Of a stretch of DNA of 64,000 nt, positions 63,208-64,000 are shown piece after piece. Within the stretch, counting starts at the first letter, position 1; the number at the start of each line of letters is the position of its first letter. The notes below the pieces were generated by a model. That model worked only from the letters and a program-made list of their open reading frames with translations. It made no database searches and was not told the origin of the DNA. The position numbers were made by a program, and so were the translations under genes. Source of the stretch: Octopus sinensis (Eukaryota); NCBI RefSeq assembly GCF_006345805.1, contig NC_043010.1, positions 68,076,001 to 68,140,000 of the forward strand. Reading direction: 5' to 3'.

Positions 63208-63401
63208 GGGCTTTGGGATCAGCTGCAGGCAAAGTTTTATAATTAAGAAGCTTGCTTTGCAATCATATATTGGGTGCTGTCCCACTGTGCAGCATCTTGG
63301 GCAAGACTCTGATAAGCTCAGGGTGACCAATGTCTTGTGAGTGAATTTTGTCAATGGAAACTGTGTGGAAGCCTTCTGCACACACACACATATATATATA
63401 T

Positions 63402-63580
63402 ATCACCTTGATCATCTTGACCGACCAGTCCGTTGGGCGTCCATTTGACACCGCTGGTCACAGCACGCTGTCCACTCCTCTCTGGATCGCACCTTTCTCA
63501 TCCACGTGATCCCATTCGTTGTCCTGAAATCGTAACTCCACCATCGTGGAGGCCTTCCAGCTGGTCGTTTCCGCTTGCGC
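63402..63580 (-). mobile_element. RTE-clade LINE 3' end, young
   Basis: Minus strand RKRKRPAGRPPRWWSYDFRTTNGITWMRKVRSREEWTACC, typical RTE C-terminal GRPxxRW...W.....R..W; CpG-rich; flanked by (TA)n. Confidence 0.7.
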
Positions 63581-64000
63581 ATATATATATATCTTAGAGT
63601 TGTATAGTTTGCATGAAGCATATGTATAAATGTTTCTATTTTTTTTATAAAGCCAAAATAATGCAAATTATAATAAATATTGAAATACAAGGTGGAAGTA
63701 CAAACCATTGACTTGTACTATGTTTTATAACTTGCATTATTTTCACTCTATTAAAAAGTAATAATTAAAAACAAATGTATATATGTGTCTGTTTGCACAC
63801 CCACCCATTATTGCTTAACGACTGTTGTTGGTTTGTTCATATCCCTGTAACTTATCAATTTGACGAAAGAGACTGATAAGGATAAGTACTAAATTTCTAA
63901 GTACCAGGGTTCGTCTGTCCACCTGAACCATTCAAGGTGGTGCCCCAGCATGACCACAGTCCAATGACTGAAACGAGTAAAGGAATAATAAAAGAGAAGA

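Overview
AT-rich, microsatellite-dense eukaryotic DNA. The SINE, MITE and RTE repertoire points to an Octopus (coleoid cephalopod) genome; this is an inference from repeat families. No prokaryotic features and no protein-coding gene I can name. Almost all ORFs in the supplied track are translations of simple repeats or SINEs. Supported content: dozens of tRNA-derived SINE copies in at least 4 families; three decayed RTE-clade LINE fragments; TA-flanked Tc/mariner-type, TTAA-flanked piggyBac-like and Helitron/Helentron-like non-autonomous elements; a degenerate tRNA-Asp(GTC) gene; and scattered GT-AG-bounded candidate exons of an unidentified gene, probably on the + strand. The most interesting signal is a short retroelement family. 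It joins a tRNA-Arg-like head, a (TAA)n linker and a body carrying a minimal type I hammerhead ribozyme of the Penelope-associated kind. It inserts as fold-back units: one copy has a 13-bp target-site duplication, and one is a ~400-bp palindrome with a hammerhead on each strand. A second, unrelated minimal hammerhead motif and several long palindromes are also present.
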